Origin: an uncultured Solibacteraceae bacterium
GTDB taxonomy: Bacteria; Acidobacteriota; Holophagae; Holophagales; Holophagaceae
DNA length: 26,972 nt
Assembly: GCA_964415525.1 (NCBI GenBank)
Contig: CAYQAS010000057.1
Coordinates: 1-26,972, forward strand
Reading direction: 5' to 3'
Each line of letters starts with the position of its first letter. Positions within the stretch are counted from its first letter, which is position 1. The notes below the pieces were generated by a model. It was not told the origin of the DNA and ran no database searches. It saw only the letters and a program-made list of their open reading frames with translations. Made by a program: the position numbers and the translations under genes. This document shows, one piece after another, positions 1 to 7,866 of this stretch.

Positions 1-2
1 TG

Positions 3-530
3 GACGGGCGCTGGGTGACCGTGCGGGATGCGGGAAACGTGCAGCCCGGAGACGAGATGCATCGCACGCAGGACCGGCTCTGGCTCGATGCGCTGCGCGC
101 CGCCGAACCCTTCCGTGCGGCCCCTATGGAGGCCTTGCCCCCGCGATCCGTCCTGGGGCGGCGGCTGGTGCCGAGTCCGGACCCGCACCTGGACTTTCGC
201 TGGAACATCGCCAATTCACTTGCCCGGCGCTTCTATGCCACGCGCGGAGCGGTGGAGATGGAACCGGCCCTGGAGCTGCAGGCCTTGGGTATGGGCAAGC
301 CGGTCATGACCACCCGACTCTGCCTGAAATACGAACTCGGCCACTGCCTCCGGCACGTCCTCGATCGGACCGCGGGGGATGTTCCCGTGCTGGATGAGCC
401 GCTCTTCCTGGAGCATGAGGGCCATCACTACCGGTGTGTGTTCGACTGCAACCGCTGCGAGATGACGCTGGTGGCGGAAGGTCGCATGCCCCTGTTGCGA
501 CCCAGGCGCGGGGCGCCCAGGTCCCAATGA
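3..530 (+). CDS. 5'-truncated ORF: the frame is open from the window edge and stops at TGA 528-530. The Cys/His-rich C-terminus (..LCLKYELGHC..HHYRCVFDCNRCEMTLV) resembles the C-terminal domain of U32-family peptidase/RNA-modification enzymes, but I am not certain of this.
   Basis: Frame 3 has no stop from nt 3 to 528 and the composition is codon-like. Its stop overlaps the next start in an ATGA. The family assignment is from motif memory only. Confidence 0.45.
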   Translation, partial: DGRWVTVRDAGNVQPGDEMHRTQDRLWLDALRAAEPFRAAPMEALPPRSVLGRRLVPSPDPHLDFRWNIANSLARRFYATRGAVEMEPALELQALGMGKPVMTTRLCLKYELGHCLRHVLDRTAGDVPVLDEPLFLEHEGHHYRCVFDCNRCEMTLVAEGRMPLLRPRRGAPRSQ

Positions 531-937
531 GGCGGCTCCTCTGGCTGTTGGCGGGCTGCTTCTTCGTGGGGCTGGCAGCGGTGGGTGTGGTCTTGCCCCT
601 GCTTCCCACGACGCCCTTCCTCCTGCTTGCGGCAGCCTGCTTCGCCCGCAGCTCGGAGCGGCTTCACCGCTGGCTGCGGGAACAGCCCCGGTTCGGCGGG
701 ACGGTGAGGAATTGGCAGGACCACGGCGTGATTCCCCGTCGGGCCAAGGTGCTGGCGACGCTCCTCATCATCCTCAGCCTCGGGGCGATGCTGCTCCATG
801 GCAGGGTGCAGGGCTGGCTTTGGGTGCCGATCCTGGCACTGCTGGGGTGGGGGCTTTCCTTCATCTGGAGTCGGCCAGACGCACCGACGGCCCCCGGTGA
901 GAGGGCCGTCGGGGAGTGCGGGCCGCCTACTTCTTGA
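527..937 (+). CDS. ybaN: YbaN/DUF454-family inner-membrane protein
   Basis: The protein starting MRRLLWLLAGCFFVGLAAVGVVLPLLPTTPFLLLAAACFARSS..RLHRWL..P.FG..VRNWQ..GVIP.RAK matches the DUF454 signature. It has two hydrophobic helices. Its ATG overlaps the upstream stop, which suggests translational coupling. Confidence 0.6.
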   Translation: MRRLLWLLAGCFFVGLAAVGVVLPLLPTTPFLLLAAACFARSSERLHRWLREQPRFGGTVRNWQDHGVIPRRAKVLATLLIILSLGAMLLHGRVQGWLWVPILALLGWGLSFIWSRPDAPTAPGERAVGECGPPTS

Positions 938-1664
938 GCAGCGCCTGGATCTCGGCGGGCGCGTCGAAGGTACTCTTCTCGATGGGCTTGTTCCACTCCA
1001 CGCTGGTGAAGGTGATCGTGAAGGTCTGGCCCGCGGCGTTGTTCACCATGGTGTGAGGCATGAGTACGTCGCCCGCCTTCTTGTAGTCCTTGGAGACCAT
1101 CTCCATGGGCATCTCACCCATGGCGGTCACCAGCTTGGTGGTCACTTTAACTAGGAAGCCTGTCTTGACGCTGTAGTAATGGGTCGCGGGCTCGCCCTTG
1201 TGGGGGGTGGCCAGCACCTTGTAGCAGGGTTCCCCTTCCACGGTTTCGGTGGCCTGGGTCTGGACGCTCTTGTAGACCTCGCGCCAGTTCTCAGCGTGGA
1301 AGAATGCCTCGCGCTCGGCGGCGATCTTCTCTGCACCCTGTTTTACCTGGGGTCCCTGCATGGGGTTGATGCCCCAGGCGTTCTTGCCGTCGAAGCCTTC
1401 GCGGATCTTGCCCATGTTTGGGATATCAACCTCGGAAAGGGTGAGGTTGGGCTCAGCCCGGTAGACGGTCATGGTGGCCTTGAGGCCCGCGGCGGGCATC
1501 TCGAAGGTGCCCTTGATGATCGCGGACTTTTTTGCCGCGAGGGTGGCCTTGCCGCCCGTGACTTCGATGGAGCGGTCGAGGATGGTCTCGGCCTTGGGAA
1601 GGGCCTGTGCCGCGAGCATGGCGGGAACGGCGAGGGAGAGCAGTGCGATTCGTGTGAAGGACAT
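927..1664 (-). CDS. Secreted LolA-like protein (outer-membrane-lipoprotein-sorting-like fold) with an N-terminal signal peptide
   Basis: The signal peptide is MSFTRIALLSLAVPAMLAAQA. The C-terminal pattern GEPCYKVL..P........YY....TGFLVK.........TFTITFTSVEWNKPI..STFD is typical of LolA_like/DUF-type proteins. An AGGAG RBS lies 7 nt upstream. The gene starts 15 nt downstream of the S41 gene, so the two are probably an operon. Confidence 0.5.
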   Translation of the reverse strand: MSFTRIALLSLAVPAMLAAQALPKAETILDRSIEVTGGKATLAAKKSAIIKGTFEMPAAGLKATMTVYRAEPNLTLSEVDIPNMGKIREGFDGKNAWGINPMQGPQVKQGAEKIAAEREAFFHAENWREVYKSVQTQATETVEGEPCYKVLATPHKGEPATHYYSVKTGFLVKVTTKLVTAMGEMPMEMVSKDYKKAGDVLMPHTMVNNAAGQTFTITFTSVEWNKPIEKSTFDAPAEIQALLKK

Positions 1665-1679
1665 GGAAGCTCCTGTGAG

Positions 1680-2951
1680 TTACTTGGTGGATTGGCGGAT
1701 CCAGGCGACGGCCTGATCCAGGATGGGATCCTGCCCTGCGAGGAGGGCGGACTGCGTGGGGACGATGACTTCATCCGGCGTCACCCCAAGGCCTTCCAGG
1801 GGCTTGCCGCCGTGGGAGATGTAGTTGGCGATGACGTATTGGAAGCCGTCGCCATTGGGGAGGCGTTCGAACATGGAGGGCAGGGCCGCACCGGCGGAGC
1901 GCGTGCCGAAGACTCGGGCTCGCTTGATGTCCTGCATGCCGCCCGCGAAGATCTCGCTGGTGGAGCCGGAACAGCCGTCGACGAGGATCGCCACGGGGCC
2001 GTCGAAGGGGGTGGGACGCGGGAAGACGACGAATTTCAAGGCCGATCCGCGCAGGGTCATGGTGCCCAGCTTGAGGCCCGTCTCACTTGTGAACCAGCCT
2101 GCAGCGCCCATGGCCATGCCACCGATGCCCCCGGGATTGCCGCGCAGGTCGAGGACGAAACCCCTGGCGGGGCCGCCTTCCGTCAAGGCTGCGCGGAAGC
2201 CGTCTGCCACGGTCTCTGGATCCATCCACATGCTGAATCGCAGAACTCGCACGTCTGCAGGAAGGCTCTTGCGCTCCAGCCAGAAGGGCATGGGCGGCAT
2301 GTTGCCAAAGGTGACCAGACGGCCCTTGGGCTCGGTGCGCCCCAGTTTCACCGGGACGATGGCCTTGCCGTTGTGGAATTCGACATCGACGGTTTCCGCG
2401 ACCTGGCCGTCCAGCAGCCCTCCCAGGCGGCGGCTGAGGATGAGGTCGTGCTGGGTGGAATCCTTGAATGCCCCACTCAGCTTCTGGAAGAGGGGCGCCA
2501 CCTCACGGCCGGAGACGCGCACCAACTCCCAGCCCGGTTTGATGCCAGCCTTGGCGGCGGGGGAGCTTGGCTCCACTTCCGTCACGATGGCCTTGCCCGC
2601 GAGAGGGCGCAGTTCAAGGCCAGGGGTGCCGCTCTCCTTCGCGCCGCTCTGAAGATCCGCGTAGACCTCTGCCGGGACGATGCCGAAGTGGGTCTGTTTC
2701 AGGCGCCCCAACATGTCCCCGAGGAGGGCGCGGATCTCGCCCACGCTGGCGGCCTTTTCAACCTTGGGCTTAAATTCGTCATGGACCTTCTGCCAGTCGA
2801 GTCCACCCAACGTCGGATCCCAGTGGCGCTTGGCGACGGTGGACCAGACCTGTTCGAAGGACTGGAGATGCAGGGCTCGTTGCTCGGAGGTCAGACCTGT
2901 GGGTGGGGCCGCGACCAGCATGGCGGGAAGCAGGAATGGCAGGAGGCGCAT
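1680..2951 (-). CDS. ctpA: S41-family C-terminal processing peptidase (CtpA/Prc-like)
   Basis: Hallmark S41 motifs are present: DLRGNPGG and GSTSEIFAGGMQD (the catalytic Ser region) plus the Lys region. I chose the start at M60 of the track ORF (ATG at 2951). That start gives a signal peptide MRLLPFLLPAMLVAAP, has an AGGA RBS, and avoids overlapping sppA. Confidence 0.8.
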   Translation of the reverse strand: MRLLPFLLPAMLVAAPPTGLTSEQRALHLQSFEQVWSTVAKRHWDPTLGGLDWQKVHDEFKPKVEKAASVGEIRALLGDMLGRLKQTHFGIVPAEVYADLQSGAKESGTPGLELRPLAGKAIVTEVEPSSPAAKAGIKPGWELVRVSGREVAPLFQKLSGAFKDSTQHDLILSRRLGGLLDGQVAETVDVEFHNGKAIVPVKLGRTEPKGRLVTFGNMPPMPFWLERKSLPADVRVLRFSMWMDPETVADGFRAALTEGGPARGFVLDLRGNPGGIGGMAMGAAGWFTSETGLKLGTMTLRGSALKFVVFPRPTPFDGPVAILVDGCSGSTSEIFAGGMQDIKRARVFGTRSAGAALPSMFERLPNGDGFQYVIANYISHGGKPLEGLGVTPDEVIVPTQSALLAGQDPILDQAVAWIRQSTK

Positions 2952-3142
2952 GGGGGATCCTTTGCTCGGAACGGATACCAGCCTTCCATCCCTGGTGTCC
3001 GAGCGGGGTATTTCCAGGCCGACGGTGGAGTTCCTGGGACGAATGGTCGATCCTCGCCGAGCAGCGGTGACGGCATCCCGGCGGGTGGGGACGAGAGGTG
3101 AGCGCCGTGTGTCACCATGAGGATCCATTCAGGAGCACTGAT

Positions 3143-4930
3143 ATGAGGGACTTCCTCAAGAGCCTGCTGGCGTCCATGGTGGCGCTTGCCCTGTTCAGTG
3201 GCGCCGCGCTGCTGCTCTTCTTCGTCTTCATGGCGGCCATGACCCCCGCGGCGCCGACGGTGCCCGATCGGGCCGTACTGGTGCTGGACCTGTCTCAGCC
3301 CATTCCCGATGCCGCCCAGGATGGCGGTCCCCAGGAAGCCCTCCAGCGCGCCCTCTCCGGCGGAGGGGAGGCGGGTACGCCCCTGCCTCTGCTGCTGAAT
3401 ACCCTGGAGCGCGCGGCCAAGGACAAGCACATCGCCGCCCTCTATCTGACAGGCAATGTCCAGAGTTCCGGGTACGCCAGTGGACCCGCGGCCCTCAAGG
3501 AGCTGCGTGAGGCCCTCCAGCGGTTCAAACAGGAGAGCGGCAAGCCGGTGGTTGCCTATAACGAGGCCTACGGGAAGAGCGATCTCTACCTCTGCGGCGG
3601 CGCCTCCACGGTCTACCTGCATCCGAGCGGTGAAGTGGACGTCACGGGACTTGCCGCCGAGCCCATGTTCTTCGGGGGACTGTTCAAAAAATACGGCGTC
3701 GAAGTCCAGGTGACCCGTGTGGGCAAGTTCAAGAGTGCGGTGGAGCCCTACATCCTCGAGAAGATGAGCGATGCCAACCGCGAGCAGATGCAGTCCTTCC
3801 TCGGTGACATCTGGAGCGAGTGGAAGGCTGGCGTGGCCGCCGACCGCAAGAAGCTGCCAGAGGATCTCCAGACCCTTGCGGACCAGAAGGGCACGCTGCT
3901 CTCCCAGGAGGCCCTCCAGGCGGGTCTCGTGGACAAACTGGCGAATCCGGACGAGGTGCTGGACGAACTGAAGCGGCTTTCCGGCAAACAGGCCAAGGAT
4001 CGGGAGTTCCCCCAGATCACGCTGGAGACTTACGCGAAGATCGGCGGCGACAGCTCCAAGGGACGCAACCGCATCGCCGTCGTATACGCCGAAGGCGACA
4101 TCGTGGATGGGGAGGGCGACGGCAACCAGGTCGGCGGGGAGCGTCTCAGCCGGGAGCTGCGTCGCCTGCGTCTCGACACAAGCATCAAGGCCGTCGTCCT
4201 TCGGGTGAACAGCCCCGGCGGCAGCGCCATCGCCTCGGAGCTCATCCAGCGTGAAGTGATCCTCACCAAGGCCGTGAAACCCGTCGTGGTCTCCATGGGC
4301 TACCTCGCCGCGAGCGGCGGCTATTGGATCAGCACCTACGGCAGCCGCATCTTCGCCGAGCCCAACACCATCACCGGCTCCATTGGCGTCTTCGGCATGA
4401 TGCCGAACGTCAAGAAGCTGGCCAATGAACACGGTCTGACTTGGGACAACGTCCAGACTGCGCGGCTGGCCTCTCCGGGCATTGGGCGGCCCCGCACCGC
4501 CGACGAGCTGGCCCGCATACAGGTGCTGGTGGATGATGTCTACGACCAGTTCCTCCGGCGTGTCTCCGACAGCCGTAAGATGACCAAGGAGGCGGTGCAC
4601 GAAGTGGCCCAGGGGCGCGTCTGGTCTGGTCAGGCGGCGCTGAAGCTCGGTCTGGTGGACGAGATGGGCGGGCTGAAGGACGCCATCCGCCATGCCGCCA
4701 AGCTGGCCAAGATCGAGAACGATTACCGGGTGGATACCCCTGATCCCGCCAAGCAGGGCCTCGAGAAGGTGCTGAGTCTCCTGGGGGACAAGGACAAGCG
4801 GAAACTCACTCGCACCGGGTTGGCGGGCGACGTGAAGAACGAGTTTGATCGGGTGTTCCGTGCCCTCTCCGCCCTCAACGATCCCCGCGGGATCTACGCG
4901 CGCATGCCCATGGATCTGGTGATCCGGTAG
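3143..4930 (+). CDS. sppA: Signal peptide peptidase SppA (protease IV), 67K type with two S49 domains
   Basis: There is an N-terminal TM segment followed by a tandem S49 architecture (..VVYAEGDIVDGEG.., ..SMGYLAASGGYWIS.., ..TGSIGVFG..). The start is placed at ATG 3143, which has an AGGAG RBS 8 nt upstream. Confidence 0.85.
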   Translation: MRDFLKSLLASMVALALFSGAALLLFFVFMAAMTPAAPTVPDRAVLVLDLSQPIPDAAQDGGPQEALQRALSGGGEAGTPLPLLLNTLERAAKDKHIAALYLTGNVQSSGYASGPAALKELREALQRFKQESGKPVVAYNEAYGKSDLYLCGGASTVYLHPSGEVDVTGLAAEPMFFGGLFKKYGVEVQVTRVGKFKSAVEPYILEKMSDANREQMQSFLGDIWSEWKAGVAADRKKLPEDLQTLADQKGTLLSQEALQAGLVDKLANPDEVLDELKRLSGKQAKDREFPQITLETYAKIGGDSSKGRNRIAVVYAEGDIVDGEGDGNQVGGERLSRELRRLRLDTSIKAVVLRVNSPGGSAIASELIQREVILTKAVKPVVVSMGYLAASGGYWISTYGSRIFAEPNTITGSIGVFGMMPNVKKLANEHGLTWDNVQTARLASPGIGRPRTADELARIQVLVDDVYDQFLRRVSDSRKMTKEAVHEVAQGRVWSGQAALKLGLVDEMGGLKDAIRHAAKLAKIENDYRVDTPDPAKQGLEKVLSLLGDKDKRKLTRTGLAGDVKNEFDRVFRALSALNDPRGIYARMPMDLVIR

Positions 4931-4948
4931 GTGCGTTTCTCACTGACG

Positions 4949-4980
4949 GAAGCGGCGCCCTCGGGCGCCGCTTCTGTTTC
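4949..4980. terminator. Bidirectional intrinsic terminator between the convergent sppA (+) and hemD (-) genes
   Basis: GAAGCGGCGCCC-tc-GGGCGCCGCTTC forms a perfect GC-rich stem. It is followed by TGTTTC on the + strand. Confidence 0.6.
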
Positions 4981-5623
4981 AGATTTGAGCCCGTGAAAGC
5001 AGGGCTTTCAGTGCACCCGGTCGAGGTTCGCACCAGTCCGTGGCGGGGGTGCCACCGCGGGCGAAAGCGTCCGCGGTGCGGGCGCCCCACGCGAAGCGCA
5101 GGAGGGCCTTCGCACGGATGGCCAGGAGTTCCGCCTGCATGGGGCCGAGGGCGAGGACGGCATCCAGGTTCGTGAGGTCTGGGAAGGGCACCGTGGCCAC
5201 TTCCCGGTGCGTGATCCAGGGGTGAATCCGCCAGGGACTGTCCGCAGCTACGTGCTCCAAGAATTCCCGGCTACGCTCGCCGCGCACCAGCAGAATGTGG
5301 CCGCCCTGCGGTCGAAGCCGTTGCAGGGTCTTCCAGAGGCCTTCCGCATCTGGCGTCTCTGGAAGATCCACGCGGCGGCTGCCGTTCTCCAGCGGGCGGG
5401 CCGTGGCCTCTCCGGTGGCGATGCAGGGCAGGGCGGGATCCAGTGTCACGGTACGGGCGGCGGCGGGAGAAAGCACGATGGCGAGGTCTGCCGTTGGACA
5501 GGGATTGTCCTCTTCGGTCCGCTCGAAGGTGGTGAAGGGGCAGCTCACCGGTTCCCAGCCCGCCTCGGCGACCGCTGCGAACAGCGCGTCTTCGGGGTTC
5601 CGGGCGAGACCGAGGCGTTTCAC
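4979..5623 (-). CDS. hemD: Uroporphyrinogen-III synthase (HemD/HEM4 family)
   Basis: The ~214-aa size fits HemD, with weak HEM4-like similarity. It sits immediately downstream of hemC with an ATGA overlap, which is the classic hemCD arrangement. Confidence 0.6.
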   Translation of the reverse strand: MKRLGLARNPEDALFAAVAEAGWEPVSCPFTTFERTEEDNPCPTADLAIVLSPAAARTVTLDPALPCIATGEATARPLENGSRRVDLPETPDAEGLWKTLQRLRPQGGHILLVRGERSREFLEHVAADSPWRIHPWITHREVATVPFPDLTNLDAVLALGPMQAELLAIRAKALLRFAWGARTADAFARGGTPATDWCEPRPGALKALLSRAQI

Positions 5624-6489
5624 CAGCCCATGCCCTGCAGCACGCGGGCGAGCACGTCGGCGTCGTCGCCCTCGGCCTCAGCCTCCCGCAGTCCATCGTC
5701 ACCCGCAAAGGCGGCCCGGAGGTGCATGGTGCCATCCTCCCGCAGGGTCGCCAGGGCGCCGAGGGGCTGCTGGCAGCCGCCGCCGATGCCCGCAAGCACG
5801 CCTCGCTCCAGCGCCACTCGACGGGCGGTGGCGGGATCGTGGAAGCCCTTGAGGATGTCGACGATGTCGGGGCGGTCCGAGCGGGTCTCCGCCAGCAGGG
5901 CGCCCTGGGCGGGTGCAGGCAGGAGTTCGTCCGGAGTGAGTGGGCGCACTTTCAGGCCGGAGAGGTCCAGGCCGAGGCGGCCGAGGCCCGCGGCGGCCAG
6001 GATGGTGGCGTGGAGCGGTGCGTCCCGAAGGATGCCATCCCGCACCCGCTGGAGGCGCGTGGGCACATTGCCGCGGATCCAGGTGAACGAGGCCTTGGGG
6101 AAAGCGCGCTCCAGGAAGCGGCGGCGGCGTTCGGCGCTGGTGCCGATGACCGGCGCATCGGGTGCGTCCTGCCGCATGACGAGCAGATCCACGGGGTTTT
6201 CGCGCACGGGCACGCAGGCGGTGACGATGCCCGCGGGGCGCTCAAGGGCAACGTCCTTGAAGCTGTGGATGAGCAGATCCACCTCACCCACGTTGAGGGC
6301 GTCTTCCAGCTCGCGGGTGAAGAAGCCAGTGCCCGTGGACTTGTCCAGCGGTCCCGCCAGCCAGGCATCGCCGCTGGTGGTGAACTTCCGCCATTCGAGT
6401 TCCACGCCCTGGTCGGCGAGAAAGGCCACCATGGCTTCCGCCTGCTTGATCGCGAGCTCGGAGCCCCGGGTTCCCACGACGATCTTCAC
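5620..6489 (-). CDS. hemC: Hydroxymethylbilane synthase (porphobilinogen deaminase)
   Basis: The sequence VKIVVGTRGSELAIKQAE...GDAWLAGPLDKSTGTGFFTRELEDAL..VDLLIHSFKDV is HemC-like. I placed a GTG start at 6489 that overlaps the hemA TGA (GTGA). The Arg/Pro-rich N-terminal extension in the track ORF is discarded because it overlaps hemA. Confidence 0.8.
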   Translation of the reverse strand: MKIVVGTRGSELAIKQAEAMVAFLADQGVELEWRKFTTSGDAWLAGPLDKSTGTGFFTRELEDALNVGEVDLLIHSFKDVALERPAGIVTACVPVRENPVDLLVMRQDAPDAPVIGTSAERRRRFLERAFPKASFTWIRGNVPTRLQRVRDGILRDAPLHATILAAAGLGRLGLDLSGLKVRPLTPDELLPAPAQGALLAETRSDRPDIVDILKGFHDPATARRVALERGVLAGIGGGCQQPLGALATLREDGTMHLRAAFAGDDGLREAEAEGDDADVLARVLQGMGW

Positions 6490-7607
6490 AGGGACCCCTG
6501 GTTGAGGGCGCGGAAGGCCAGGGTTCGGCCCCGCTTGAGTACGCCCTGGAGGGCTTCGAGGGCCGGGGCGTCCAGCTTGGCGAGCAGGGTTCCGGGGGCC
6601 AGGGCGTCCTGCTCCAGCTGGTCCCAGGCCTCGGTCAGCTTCTGTTGCACCGTCTTCATCTGGGACTTCTGGGAGCGCTCCTCGCCCCGTTTGCGCAGCC
6701 GGGTGACGGCCTGGAGGAGGTGCGGTTCGGCCTGATCCGCGGCGGCACGGCGCTGGACCTTGGCGGCCTCCGTCTCGGCCAGGAAGGCTTCCAGTCCGAT
6801 GCGGTGCACCCAAGGCAGCGTTTCCAGGGCCGGCTCGGTATCCGGGGGCAAAGCGAGATCGAGGACGCGCATGTGGTGGTGGCGCTGAATGTGGCTCCAG
6901 GCGTCCAGGGTGAAGAGCGGGCGGTGGCTGGCAGTGGCGCTCACCAGGGCGTCGAAGTGGCCGGGATCCCGCTGAAGTTGCCCCAGGGGCACGACAGGAT
7001 GGCCCAGGGCCTCGGCCTTGGAGAGGGTCCGATTGGACATTGTCACCTGGTAGCCCCGCTCCGGCAGCCGCTCCGCGAGGTACTGGGTCATGGGACCGAC
7101 GCCCACGAGCACGACCTTGGCGCCCGGCTTGAGGGCCTGCTCCAGGTGGCGCAGGGCAGCGGTGGCGACACTGGCGGATCCGTCGGCCAGACCGAGCCTG
7201 GAGCGCATGCGCTGGGCTTCTCGAAGGATGTCGTCCAGGTACGCGGTGGCCTCATCCCCGGCGGTGTTGCAGTTCTTGCCTTCTTCCAGACTCGTGCGCA
7301 GCTGGCCCACGATTTCGCGGTCGCCCAGATTCGCGCTGACGAGGCCCGTGGCCACCTCCAGCATGTAGCGCCAACCGGCTTCACCCTCGTAGCGGGCAAC
7401 TTCCTGGTTGAGGCCCATGACCTCGGGATTGCCCCCCCAGAGCACCCAGATGGTGCGCTGGCAGGTGGCCATGTAGAGCATCTCGGCGCAGCCGGTCATG
7501 CGCTTCCAAAGGATCAGGTGATCCGCCAGGTGATCGCGCACGACGTGACGGGCCACGATCTCAAGATCGTGACGGGGGGCGTGGAAGCTGTAGACGACGG
7601 GATCCAT
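6486..7607 (-). CDS. hemA: Glutamyl-tRNA reductase
   Basis: GluTR features are present: the conserved catalytic Cys region (..MATCQRTIWVLWG..) and an NADPH-binding GxGxxG (VVLVGVGPMTQ). The start is placed at MDPVVYSF (ATG 7607), which has a GAGG RBS. Confidence 0.85.
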   Translation of the reverse strand: MDPVVYSFHAPRHDLEIVARHVVRDHLADHLILWKRMTGCAEMLYMATCQRTIWVLWGGNPEVMGLNQEVARYEGEAGWRYMLEVATGLVSANLGDREIVGQLRTSLEEGKNCNTAGDEATAYLDDILREAQRMRSRLGLADGSASVATAALRHLEQALKPGAKVVLVGVGPMTQYLAERLPERGYQVTMSNRTLSKAEALGHPVVPLGQLQRDPGHFDALVSATASHRPLFTLDAWSHIQRHHHMRVLDLALPPDTEPALETLPWVHRIGLEAFLAETEAAKVQRRAAADQAEPHLLQAVTRLRKRGEERSQKSQMKTVQQKLTEAWDQLEQDALAPGTLLAKLDAPALEALQGVLKRGRTLAFRALNQGSL

Positions 7608-7804
7608 AGACCTCAGGGACCTTGGGAATTCAAGACCAGCGTATCGGAAAGTTCCAGCGTGTTGACTCGGATGCTGCCAGGGGCGGATATGCACCGTGAC
7701 GGTGGTCAAATGCTGTCGGGGATGACCATGTCATCGCTCATGAAGGGATTCGAGTTGAATTTCTCGTGGATGCAGCATGGATATGAATGCTGGCTTATGG
7801 AAAT

Positions 7805-7833
7805 GCGGTCCGCATGGATCAGATGCGGGCCGC
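7805..7833 (-). terminator. Putative intrinsic terminator downstream of the M14 peptidase gene. It lies within the hemA upstream region.
   Basis: The 11-bp stem GCGGTCCGCAT/ATGCGGGCCGC has one G-T wobble. On the minus strand it is followed by ATTTCCAT, a weak U-tract. Confidence 0.35.
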
Positions 7834-7866
7834 AAATTAATTCAGGCGGATACGGTTCTCGGCGTT

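Noticed and set aside
1179-3101. 640-aa ORF on the + strand spanning the LolA-like and S41 genes
   Set aside because: It is Gly/Ala/Asp/His-rich low-complexity sequence with no motifs, and it is antisense to two genes that have strong family signatures. It is a typical high-GC frame artefact.
2891-4693. 600-aa ORF on the - strand
   Set aside because: It is antisense to sppA, which has clear S49 architecture. Its composition is Arg/Gly/Ala/Leu-rich and it has no RBS or recognisable domains.
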